Positions 14,366 to 25,606 of a stretch of DNA of 64,000 nucleotides are shown piece after piece. Position numbers and translations under genes: made by a program. Numbering within the stretch: position 1 is the first letter of the stretch; every line of letters begins with the position of its first letter. The notes below the pieces were generated by a model. It saw only the letters and a list, made by a program, of their open reading frames with translations, was not told the origin of the DNA and made no database searches. The stretch comes from Podarcis cretensis. Its lineage: Eukaryota. Where the stretch lies: the NCBI GenBank assembly GCA_951804945.1, contig OX638149.1, forward strand, positions 67,394,001 through 67,458,000, given 5' to 3'.

Positions 14366-15326
14366 TACTAGCCTCAGGTTTTGCCAGGTGGGCAAGACTA
14401 GAATTGAAACTAAATTTGCAACTTATGATTGCAGCGTGGTGTTTTATCCCATCACAACCTTAAGCATTTACTCTGCTGTTAGAAACTCCAGTGGTGGCTA
14501 TCATAAGTAAATGCACATCATCTGGTGTCAAAGGAAACCCCAGGATGACTGCCATCCCTCAGCCCTTCTCCATTAAATGTAGGTCAGAGATTAATTCAGG
14601 AACAACTCACAGCATGGACTCAGAAACATACAGCTCCCCTCCCTCATAAAAGGAAGAAAGTTCATTCAGTATTGAGGTACATGGCATGGAACTATAATTC
14701 TCTCCTGCGTTGGCTAAAGAATTATGAACACAGAAGTGGTAACGTTGGTGAAATGGCATTTGAATCTGCACAAAAAAAGCAATACAAGTAACACTTGCCT
14801 TCTCAGAAACCATACTTCCTTCTCTCTCATTCTTTTTTCTTCTTTTCTTTTTTTGTTAAATATGTGAAGAAAAACAACCTTGTTTGAATTAATATTTATT
14901 TGTGTATAGCTGTGTTTATTTTCATACTTCCTTGTACTGACTCTGTTTATACATTAAGCAAGATTTCCAGTAAACTAGTAAAAAAAAGCCCTCCACATAC
15001 CAAACAGTGAAATGTATTAAAAACACCTGTTGCTGTTGGTTTCTTTTATCTCTTCATAGGTGCCTTGACACCCTTTCAACATGCACAGAGGCATACTTTA
15101 TTTTATTAACTTAAAAATTCCTCTCCTAACTGCCATGAATCTCCCACTTCTCTGTGCCATGCAAGACCCCTGATAATGCCTTCAGCAACTGTGGCCAATG
15201 GGAGCCCAGTTCTTTCTATAAGGAATTGTTCCTTTTTTAAAAAACAAACTAGTATTCCCATGCCTTTGAAAACAGTTGGACAGATAGTAATGACAGAGTT
15301 AGCCCCATCGTTAGGCTGAGTTAGAC

Positions 15327-15463
15327 CAGTGTTTCCCAACCTTGGGTCTCTAGCTGTTTTTTGAACTACAACTCCCATCATCCCTACCTAGCAAGACCAG
15401 TGGCCAGGGATGATGGGAATTGTAGTCCAAAAACAGCTAGAGAATCAAGATTGGGAAACACTG
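15327..15463. mobile_element. Palindromic hAT MITE (137 bp)
   Basis: TIRs CAGTGTTTCCCAA / TTGGGAAACACTG; 8-bp TSD agttagac at 15319-15326 and 15464-15471. Confidence 0.92.
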
Positions 15464-16061
15464 AGTTAGACAAGTGCCTCAGGCAACAGATGCATGGGGC
15501 AGTAGGGAGGGTCAGAGAAGAACATTCCTCCCCTATCGGAGAGCAGAGCTCTGTGTGTCATACAGACTGCCCTCATGCGCCATTGCCACTCATTGCCAAT
15601 GTTCAAGAAACACTCAACTGTCAGTCTAGTCAGCTTCTATATGTGGACTGGGTATGCATGCATGCCATCCTGTATTTTGTCTCAGGCAGGTTTTTGGAAC
15701 AAAATCAGCCATTATAGTACCTGGCTAATCTATTGTGGATTGTGATGTATTTTAATGTGTTGATTTTATTGAAATTGTATGGTGGTGTTTTATAACCGTC
15801 CTGGTGTTGTTGATGTAAAGCAGTATTAAAATGTTTCAAATAAAATAAATAAATGAGATAAGGGAGTCCTTAATGTGTGCTAAATGATTTATTCACCGGA
15901 CAAGGTGTGTATCCGTCACAATCTTTGTTTTTTCAGGCGCTCTGTCACAAAGTGATTTCATTGTTCCCTTCAAACAGGCATGAACAAAGACATGTTACAT
16001 TACTTTTGTCAAGTCCCAGATTTTGAGGGAAGACACAGACCCTTCTCCCAAAGAGACATGG

Positions 16062-16193
16062 AGCTTCATTAACATGTAACCACAAAATTTTGGATCGCCT
16101 CCAAACCGATCCAAAAGGGCCCCAATCGAGCATAAAACTTTGGCATCAGTTTGGAGCAGATCCAAAGTTTTGGGGTTACACATTGATGAAGCT
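16062..16193. repeat. Imperfect inverted repeat / hairpin (about 54-bp arms), probably an old MITE
   Basis: agcttcattaacatgtaaccacaaaattttggatcgcctccaaaccgatccaaa pairs with tttggcatcagtttggagcagatccaaagttttggggttacacattgatgaagct. Confidence 0.8.
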
Positions 16194-17400
16194 AATATAT
16201 GGTTTCTATGTGTTCTAGACACAAGCTCCCTCCCATACACTGTGATATAGAGAGGTAGCTAACTACTTGGTCTGTTTTACTATCCGTGACCCTGCCATTT
16301 TCCCATGGCAAAGGGGTTGTTGTAGGTTGGCTGTTGCTGTTAGGGCTTACTATTGATTTCAGCTTCTTTTGGGCTGATTGCTGGTACTTGCAGTGTCAGT
16401 ATCTGCCCTTCTGAGAGCTGTGGTGTGGTGCTACCTATGTAGCAGGTGTTGTGGTCTCTTCTTGCGGCATGCTTGTGCATTTTTGGGGGGAAGGGTATGA
16501 AATGAGTTAAGTGGCATTGCTGTGGGTGAATGGTGCAGCTGATGCACACATGGCTGATATGGCAGCAATGTTGTGATAGATGGGTGCCAGTGAAATTGTC
16601 AAGAACTCTGTGGGAGCAGCCATTATTGTTGCTGCATTGATTCCACCCCCATTGCTATCATCGTGCGTTTGATGTTAATGCAGGGCAAGCATAGAATACC
16701 AGCAAGCTGTGCCATGTTGCTGCAGCATAGTGGTGGCCATATTAGATGCACCATATTATTGCCCTACATATTGACTGCTGACACATCAGCTCTTCTGTAC
16801 ATGTTTTGTTTCCAGCATTACTAAGTTACCATATGCGCCTGGTTATCGTTTAGAAATCTTACTTTATAATTTTAATGCTTGAAGCGTTGCTGCAATGTTG
16901 GGTCTTAGGGTATCAGAAAGGCAAAAGAAGGACAGAGCCAGGCAGATAACCTTTTATTGGATTAATGTCTGTTAGTGAGAGCAGCTCGATTATTTTTTTG
17001 GGGGGTGGCGGGTTGCACAAGCTTGTCTTCAGGCAGACCCTGCTTAATGCATTTTGAAGGCTGTAATTTATGGCTGAAGATTTATTCTACAACCTTAAGC
17101 AAGTAAAATACACAACATATATCTGAACAGAGCACAGTACTCAATCTGGATTGGTTTTAAGAATTTTGTTTTGTTTTTGGAATATTTTAGGGACTATTGT
17201 AGGGAAAGTAAGATGAGGTAGGTGGGTGCAAGCAAGTCAGATCTCTTTATAGAGATACAATATACTGACATTATATTCTGCAGCCCCAGATAGGTACTTA
17301 ATGGGGTTACCTGATGGCTTTGCTTTTTAGAAGTTCAGTTGTCGTGCTTAGGAACATTAAGGAGCTACTAAAATGTATTAAGGAGCTACTAAAATGATGA

Positions 17401-17762
17401 GGGACGCAGGTGGTGCTGTGGGTTAAAGCCTCAGCGCCTAGGGCTTGCCGATCGAAAGGTCGGCGGTTCGAATCCCTGCGGCGGGGTGCGCTCCCGCTGC
17501 TCGGTCCCAGCGCCTGCCAACCTAGCAGTTCGAAAGCACCTCCGGGTGCAATTAGATAAATAGGGACCGCTTACCAGCGGGAAGGTAAACGGCGTTTCCG
17601 TGTGCGGCTCTGGCTCGCCAGAGCAGCGATGTCACGCTGGCCACGTGACCCGGAAGTGTCTCCGGACAGTGCTGGCCCCTGGCCTCTTAAGTGAGATGGG
17701 CGCACAACCCCAGAGTCTGTCAAGACTGGCCCGTACGGGCAGGGGTACCTTTACCTTTACCT
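17401..17762 (+). mobile_element. Sauria SINE, full length, young
   Basis: tRNA-like head with A box and B box (GGTTCGAATCC), CpG-rich body, (ACCTTT)n tail; short TSD ctaaaatg. Confidence 0.93.
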
Positions 17763-18054
17763 AAAATGTGCAGCAGGAAAGCCATTCAGAACAGCGTGCT
17801 CTTGCAACTGACCTACATTTTCTTCTATTCTTCACTTTTGTATCAATTAAAGGTTTTTCAGAAAGTGAAGAATCCCTTTTGTAACAGAATGGAATCAACC
17901 AATTATCAGGGGGAATCCTCTTTCCTGGTGCCATATGAAGCTGACCTCATCTTTAGGACATGCTGAGTAGGTAGGGGATATTTTTTGCAGAGGATTCGTG
18001 TACATGTTTACTCAGATCCAGTGGGATCGATGCTCAGTAGTTCTGGGATTGCAC

Positions 18055-18175
18055 TATTAATAATAACAACAATAATAATTTTTTATTTATACACCTCCCT
18101 CCCCGGCCAGGGCCGGGCTCAGGGCAGCTAACACCAAATATAAATTACAATAAAAGCGTAATAGGGGAAAAAAAC
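18055..18175 (-). mobile_element. LINE 3' terminus (L2-like)
   Basis: Same GC-rich stem plus TAA-tail family as 315-560 and 34713-34940. Confidence 0.65.
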
Positions 18176-20532
18176 TGACTCTGGCAGTCCTGATTTTCCA
18201 CTGCTTCCTTTTTTCCTTCCTCTGCTTGTGGAGAGCCATTTCGGAGAATTTCAAAACATTTTTGAAACATTTGAAGGCTTAGGCTTCAGTGGGTCACTGC
18301 AGAAGTTGTTTCTTTTCACCCATGATCACCCATGAACATTTTTGTTCAGATAGCACTTTTTGGTGTGGGAAGTTAAGATTGCTTCACAAGCTTCTCACTT
18401 GTTAATGTATCAACTTGGAACTGATGCTTTTGCACTTAAAATGAGCCAGTCCTTTCACGTGGCAGCACTTGCACTTTAGAGCTCCCTGCTCATTGACGTT
18501 AAGCCTTAGCAGCGAAGCTTTCAGTGCCTGCTTAAACCCTTTTTGTTTAAGTAAGCCTACTCCAACATGTAAAGCCGAAGTGTATTTTAATATGTAATTT
18601 CATTTTATAATGTGAATTTTATTTTTACTTTGAATTCACCACCCCACCCCTGGCAATTTTAATTTCTGTTTTATGCAAACAGCTTATTGGTGTTGATGAT
18701 TAAGCAGTTGATGATTAAAATTGTTAAACAAAACAAATTCTCGTATTCCCATTTGCAAATGGGACATTAAGGTTGTTAGGGATAATATATCTTGTGAACT
18801 GTCCTGAAAGACTAACAAATGAAATAAATAAATGAGCATTGGCTGGCAGAGGGCAAACTACCCCCAATGCTTGCTTTCTTTTTCTCTCCCCATTCCTTTT
18901 TCCTTTCGTATCATGTCTATCACATTGTGATTATGCAGGCATGGGCTGTCTTAATTTTGATTATTTTATAAGTGTTAAATATTATTGTTATTTATCACAA
19001 TCAACAACAGCTATCAGCTTATAGTTACCCTATGCATTCACAACTGCATTGGGCAAACAGAGGTCTAAATACAATGCACTGTCCCTCAACCCATGCTGAC
19101 TTTGAACAGATTGTGGGCACTTGTCTTTTCATACCTATTTCTAAGAGGTGGCCTCCTGAATTCACTTAGAATGAATTGTTTAACCTTTATTGACAGATTT
19201 GTATTCTCCATTGCACGCTTCACGGTTGTGACAATGCCCTGTTTCCCATTGGAGTTACTAATTTTTAAATTGCATTTGTTCCAGCATAACTGACACTTGT
19301 TTTGTGGTGATTTTTAGAAGTGGCAGACTGATTAATAGTAATTGAATAAGAGCTTTAAAGAGGGAAAAGCAAATGTCATTTAACAAAGGTTAAGGAAACT
19401 GCATTTAGAAAGCCAACAGCAAATGCATTTAATGTTATTTGCAAAATGTCTGTGAATAGTAGTCTATGACAGAAAATATAGCTCAGTAGAGAGATGCCCC
19501 AAAGGTTTTAGCAGGGAAGGAACAAATATTACACACCGGGAATCTAATCCAGCTATCCCAAACAATTGGGGAGATGCAAGCAATGGTGCTAGCAGCCAAG
19601 AGGCATGCTTAAAAGATAAAGCTCATGCCTTGAACATTGCGCTTCTTTTCAGCCAGATGAGCTACTAGTGCCCTAAAATAGGTAGAGTGAATCTGTCTCT
19701 CCACCCAATGTTTATTTGCTATACTTACTAATGATGGACCTGAACATCTGCTCTCTGAATATAACTCTCATTTATGCAGATGATGCAGCTGCATTTGCCG
19801 GTAGCAGAGTAATTTCCTTGACTACAAGTGAGTGCACTCTCTTTGGCTCATCGGTTTTCTTTCCTTTTCTGCCTTAAGGGTATATTCACCTGCCTCCCTA
19901 TACAGTTTTTACAGGGTATTGAGGAGACTTGAAGTGTAACTGTGACTTCACTTTTGAATCCTCAGACTCAGCAGTGGGTTTTGTGTGACTGTTCCACAAT
20001 ATTTGTGTACCCTTGACAGGGAGCCCTAGCCAGTCTTTGATACCTGGCAAATGTGCTGGTCTGATACTCATGTTTACCAGTGTATATTTGCCACATTCAA
20101 ACTTTCTTTTTTTATTTTTAAAAAGGCAGTCAGCTAAAAATGTTTTAAGTGTATAAACACCTGAAGTGGCTCTAGGGACTGTTTCGAAGAACTTTGTCTT
20201 ATGACACGTTAGACAATCTGCTATGAACGGATAAACATCAGGACAGCTGTAAAATGATATAGTTAATATATATTGAAACCTAGTTCCTCCTCATCTAGAT
20301 ATCTCATTTTAGTCCAAAAACCCGGAGAGATCTCCTTGGGGGTGGTTTTCCTTTCAGGGGGTGATATACTGCCCTCCCTTATGTGTTGTGCTTTCATAAT
20401 TAAAGGCAGGTTTATCTCTGCCTTTACCTGGAGGTTATGTGGGCGACAGTCTGCTGAGTTATATTCCCGTGTAGGAATCATTTTGGAGGAAATCTGGCCC
20501 TTTTTTAGGTCATCCTCCTTGGTATCATTATA

Positions 20533-20877
20533 CAGTGGTGCCCCGCAAGACGAATGCCTCGCAAGATGGAAAACCCGCTGGACGAAAGGGTTTTCAGTTT
20601 TGGAGGTGCTTCGCAAAACGAATTTTCCTATGGGCTTGCTTCGCAAGACGAAAATGTCTTGCGAGTTCCTGCGGGTTTTTTCCCCTCCCCCCCTTTTTCT
20701 AAGCCGCTAAGCCGCTTATCTGCTTATCCGATAAGCCGATAAGCCGCTAAAAGCCGCTAAAAGCCGCTAATAGCGCTAATCCGCTAATCCGCCAATGGGC
20801 TTGCTTCGCAAGACGAAAAAACCGCTAGACGAAGAGACTCGCGGAATGGATTAATTTCGTCTTGCGAGGCACCACTG
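20533..20877. mobile_element. Tc1/mariner MITE (345 bp) with internal AAGCCGCTA-like tandem array
   Basis: TIRs CAGTGGTGCCCCGCAAGACGAA / TTCGTCTTGCGAGGCACCACTG; TA TSD; repeats at about 20700-20793. Confidence 0.92.
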
Positions 20878-22177
20878 TATGTGTCTTTCCCAGCCAGTCT
20901 GTTTCTTAACGTTTCTAGTCTTTCTAAAATTTCAGCTTGGATTGAGGACAGGAATGACCAGAATTGACTTATTAGAGTGTTTTCTTCTGTAGAGAAATTG
21001 TCCTTTCACTCGCTCACAGGGCATTGCAAATCATGTAAGGGTGTGCTTTTCCTTTTTAATGTTGGGGTCTCTTGTTTATGATGATCAGACCAGACCTTTT
21101 GGGGTCGGTTTTCCTTTTTGGATTTTTTTGGTCTTTGCTCCAGGGAAGCATTTGATGTTTATGTTTGATGGGTATTTGGAAACTACGTGAACACAACAAA
21201 GATGCAGGCTACTCTCCTTTTTAAAAGCTCAGTTAAATTTTGTGTACCTATTTGTTATCAAGGTCTATTGTGTGCCAAGGATATCTAAATTCTGTGCTCA
21301 AAACGCAAAATAGGTCAGTAAGCTTTTGCGGGGTGGTTGGTTGGTGGGGTGGAGGAGAATAGGAGTCACTTCTGCTTGCATGAAGGTCATTCCTGCTATA
21401 GCACCATGCACTACAGTCCCATGCCATTTCAGAGGGTCCTCCTAGCCTCAGGAGCAGCTTACTGGGGCACAAGAGGCTACAGCAGTGGGAAAACCCTGCT
21501 GCATGAGTGTAGTCTTGTTCTGGCATCTCTGGATGCAGCCCATAATGAATTTATTTTTTATTCACAACTTGTTCAATAGGTGTTGTTTATTTCAAACTGA
21601 ACCTCAGTTGGGGGTGGGTTGGGCACCTGTTGTTGTTGCTGCTGCTGCTTCTGCAGCAAGAAGCAACTGTAGCAACAAGAGAGTTTTATTTACTAATAAT
21701 AACTTGTATGTATAAAATTGTTATGACTGGAAGTTGTGGTCACAACTATGTAGCATAAAGAATCACCGCCAGTTAGAGCTCATAGCAGGTTGTGATTCCA
21801 GGTTTTCAGTGAAGAAGTCAATAAACATTTTTTCATGAAGTCAAAACTCAGTTCAAACGAAGTTATGTTCCAAAAATCACAATATGTGTAGAATTTTATG
21901 TATGTACAGTATATCTTTAGAAGATCAGCAATCTCAGTGGTGTTTTGGTGTGGAAATATTCTTTCAATCCAGGAGGATGTATAATGAATTGACATGATGA
22001 GCTATATTTGTGATTATGTTGATTAAAGGTACAGTTCTTTTTTTAAAAAAGGTAACTTTACATTTAAAGAATTAATATTGGCTTAATTTTTCTAGTCAAG
22101 TTTTGTGCTAACCCTGTTATCTATGATTATAGCTTTATTTGTCATGTACCAAATCAGGAGTAAAAGATTATCTCAAA

Positions 22178-22179
<2 letters not shown>

Positions 22180-22243
<64 letters not shown>
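22180..22243. repeat. Compound (GT)n(GA)n microsatellite
   Basis: Direct reading. Confidence 0.95.
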
Positions 22244-22247
<4 letters not shown>

Positions 22248-23129
22248 CTTGTCTGCCATACTATGTCACTTTTTTCAGTTCTCCTAATTATTTCTCTCAT
22301 TTTAGATCTCAACACTGACATTTCCAGTCTAACCTGGGCATATTTTAGTATTTGAAACTTCTTTTTGATGCTTTGCACATTAATCCAGGGGACTATAACA
22401 TCGCTGTATATATCTCTTAGGTAGTGTGGAGCCTTTCAACACCGTGCCCAACAGTTGATTTAAGATCCTTATCCATTCTTCTTCACACTCAATTCTAGTC
22501 ATGTGCACTAAACTGGAAGCCAGTGAATCACACATTTGCAAAATTGGATGCTTTTTTGTGTTACTTAGCAATATTGAGGCCATGTGCAATGTATGGCTAC
22601 ATCGCTGCAGCATAGAACAAAACAAGGGTGCTGGTGCATTCAGATAGCAGACAATATATGTGTACTGGATGCATATTTATCTTGATTCAGAACTAGGCAC
22701 AAAAGGGTAAGTTACAAGGTCCCATATCTTTCTGTATATGGAACAATAAGCTTCTGGCAGCTACTTCTGCCTTTGGCTGATATAAACCCCTGTTTTCTTT
22801 AAAAAGATATCTTGGGAGATACTGCAGCATTTGTCACATATCTTACTCAGAGACCAATATTCTTTGTACTGAAAAATCAATTTTTGCAGATTTGCCATTT
22901 GCAAATTAATGTATATTAGTGAATTTTGTTTTATGTGATCACTTTAATAAATGTTCATTAAAAGCAAATTTTATTCAGCCTCAACAGGAGTAATAATGGT
23001 CTCTAACTGTTTTAGGACTCATATAGGCTGGACTAAGTGTTCTTCTAATCAGAAGCTCAAGGAAGCTGGAATAGATGGACCTTTGGTCCATTCCAGCTGA
23101 GCTTTAATGCTCTTTCATTTTCACACCAT

Positions 23130-23920
23130 ATTTATTAAATTTATACCCTGCCCTTCCTCCCAAAAGAGCCTAGAATGGCAAACACACATGCAATAAAACA
23201 ATCAAAACTTTCCCAGTACTAATTCAGACTGGGAAGTATCCCTACATTAAAAGGCTTGTTGACAGCAGAAAGTCTTCTGTAGATGCCCAAAAAGCAATAG
23301 AGATGGCACCTGTCTAATATTTAAGGGGCAGGAATTTCAAAGGGGAGGTGCCATAACACTAAAGGCCCAATTCCTATACAGTGGTACCTCAGGTTACAGA
23401 CGCTTCAGGTTACCGACGCTTCAGTTTACAGCCTCCGCTAACCCAGAAATAGTATCTCGGCTTAAGAACTTTGCTTCAGAATGAGAACAGAAATTGTGCA
23501 GCGGTGGCGCAGCAGCAGCAGCGGGAGGCCCCATTAGCTAAAGTGGTGCTTCAGGTTAAGAACAGTTTCAGGTTAAGAACAGACCTCCAGAACGAATTAA
23601 ATTCTTAACCCGAGGTACCACTGTATTGTGTGGAAGGGACCTCCTGTTAAGGCAGTATTTGCATGATGCCCTCTCCTGCAGAGCTCAATGGTTGAGCATA
23701 TAATGGGTGATATGATATTTTAGTCTATCCCTGTTCCCAAGCTGTATAGAAACTTATACACTAAAACTAGCACCTTGAACTTAGCTTTGTTGTTAATTGG
23801 CAGCCAGTGCAATTCTTTCAGCAGTGGTGTAACATGATGGTGGTGGTGATATCCTGCAGTTGAGGTTCCACATCTTGCACTAGCTGCTGCTTCTGGACCA
23901 GCAGAAAGCACATTCCAGCA
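23130..23920 (-). mobile_element. L2 LINE 3' fragment interrupted by a MITE
   Basis: Minus peptide HVTPLLKELHWLPINNKAKFKVLVLVYKFLYSLG is the L2 ORF2 C-terminal motif; terminal stem and tail at about 23130-23200. Confidence 0.8.
23379..23623. mobile_element. Tc1/mariner MITE (same family as 8624)
   Basis: TIRs CAGTGGTACCTC / GAGGTACCACTG; TA TSD. Confidence 0.92.
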
Positions 23921-24755
23921 ATCCAACCTGAAGGTGCATGAATGACAGTGTTGACATTTGGATAACATTGTGGTGACATATGGTTGTAACTAAAAAAACA
24001 TTTGCCTCTGAATAAGAAGTGGCCATGTATAATAGCCATTGATAGACTTACTATCCAATCCTCTTTAAAAGTATATCTAAGTGAGTTGCCATCACAAATC
24101 AGGTATGTATTGTGTTACATAACACCAGTCATAAATGTATGACTCTCTTATTAATTGCTTTTCAATCTCTTTTTGTAAACTAAAAACGTCTGATATCTTT
24201 ACCCTATTCTCATAAGGAGTGTGCTGCACTTTGTTGGTCAATTCAATTGTCAGTTTTTGTTTTTATTTTACGAATATGGTATTCTTGTAGAGATGAGGCA
24301 ACTAGCATATTAAATACAGCTACCCCATATAAATGCATAATAACATTATAATACTTGCTATTTAATTTTTAATTCTACCCCTGCCCGCCAAAAAAATGTG
24401 AACACTAAATCTAGCCTTTTCATGGCTGCTGCACACATGAATTGACATTTTCAGTAAGCTTTCTGCAGTGACCTAAAATCTTTCTTGGGTATTCACAATC
24501 AATTTAAACCCTTCAGACTCCCGAGGTCTGACTGGAATGCATGAAGGCTTCCACTTCTCCCTCCCCTTTGCTAAAGCAAAATTTCCTCCCGTCTAAAATG
24601 TGCTTCAATCAAAATGTAGTGTTACATCTTCTCAAACCTTAACCATTTACGGTAAATCAGGTTTGAAATCAAGGATATGAGAGGATCTTCAAGCTCTGTT
24701 TAAGAGGTGGATCTTATTATTAGTAGCTGTAGTTCAGATGTACTGTTAAACTGTA

Positions 24756-24997
24756 GAGTGGTACCTCGGGTTACATACGGTTCAGGTTACAGACGCTTCA
24801 GGTTACGCACTCCGCTAACCCAGAAATAGTGCTTCAGGTTAAGAACTTTGCTTCAGGATAAGAACAGAAATCGGGCTCCGGCGGCGTGGTGGCAGCAGGA
24901 GGCCCCATTAGCTAAAGTGGTTCTTCAGGTTAAGAACAGTTTCAGGTTAAGAACGGTCCTCCAGAACGAATTAAGTACTTAACCCGAGGTACCACTG
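24756..24997. mobile_element. Tc1/mariner MITE (same family as 8624)
   Basis: (G)AGTGGTACCTCGGGTTA … TAACCCGAGGTACCACTG; TA TSD; first base mutated. Confidence 0.92.
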
Positions 24998-25296
24998 TAG
25001 TTAAAGCAGACAAAGGGAATGGGGAATTCCCATCTTTTTGAAGCCATCCAAAACAGTTTAACTGACCTGCATTAACAAAGTGGCAATTGGAAGCCAAGCA
25101 TTATAGCTTGTTGGCAATACTTGCACAGTTTAGCTTACTTGATGTTCCTTGTTAGAATTAGTGTTATAAGTTCTTCCGGGTTGTTTTAATCACTCAGTTG
25201 CGTAGTTGCTTGAACCCTCTGATATCAGAACAACTAAGCCCATAGCATCATAGGGACCATGACATCACTCTCTACCATGTCCCATAGTGACCTGTA

Positions 25297-25606
25297 AAAG
25301 GTAAAGGTACCCCTGCCTGTACGGGCTAGTCATGTCCAAACTCTAGGGTTGCGTGCTCATCTCGCTCTAGGGGCCGTGAGCCGGCGCTGTCCGAAGACAC
25401 TTCCGGGTCACGTGGCAAGCGTGACGAAGCTGCAGCTGGCGAGCCAGCACCAGCGCAGCACACGGAAACGCCGTTTACCTTCCCGCTATAAAGCGGTCCC
25501 TATTTATCTACTTGCACTTAAGAGTGCTTTTGAACTGCTAGGTGGGCAGGAGCTGGGACTGAAAGACAGGAGCTCACCCCGCCGCGGGGATTCGAACCGC
25601 CGACCT
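25297..25606 (-). mobile_element. Sauria SINE, 5'-truncated
   Basis: Tail aaggtaaaggtacccc and B box ggattcgaacc; gacctgta occurs at both ends. Confidence 0.9.

Noticed and set aside
17401-17480. tRNA-like A/B boxes (also at 28620-28689 and 38936-39010)
   Set aside because: SINE heads, not tRNA genes; they continue into SINE bodies and tails.
20700-20793. Short repeat array as a CRISPR-like locus
   Set aside because: No unique spacers, eukaryotic context, and located inside a MITE.
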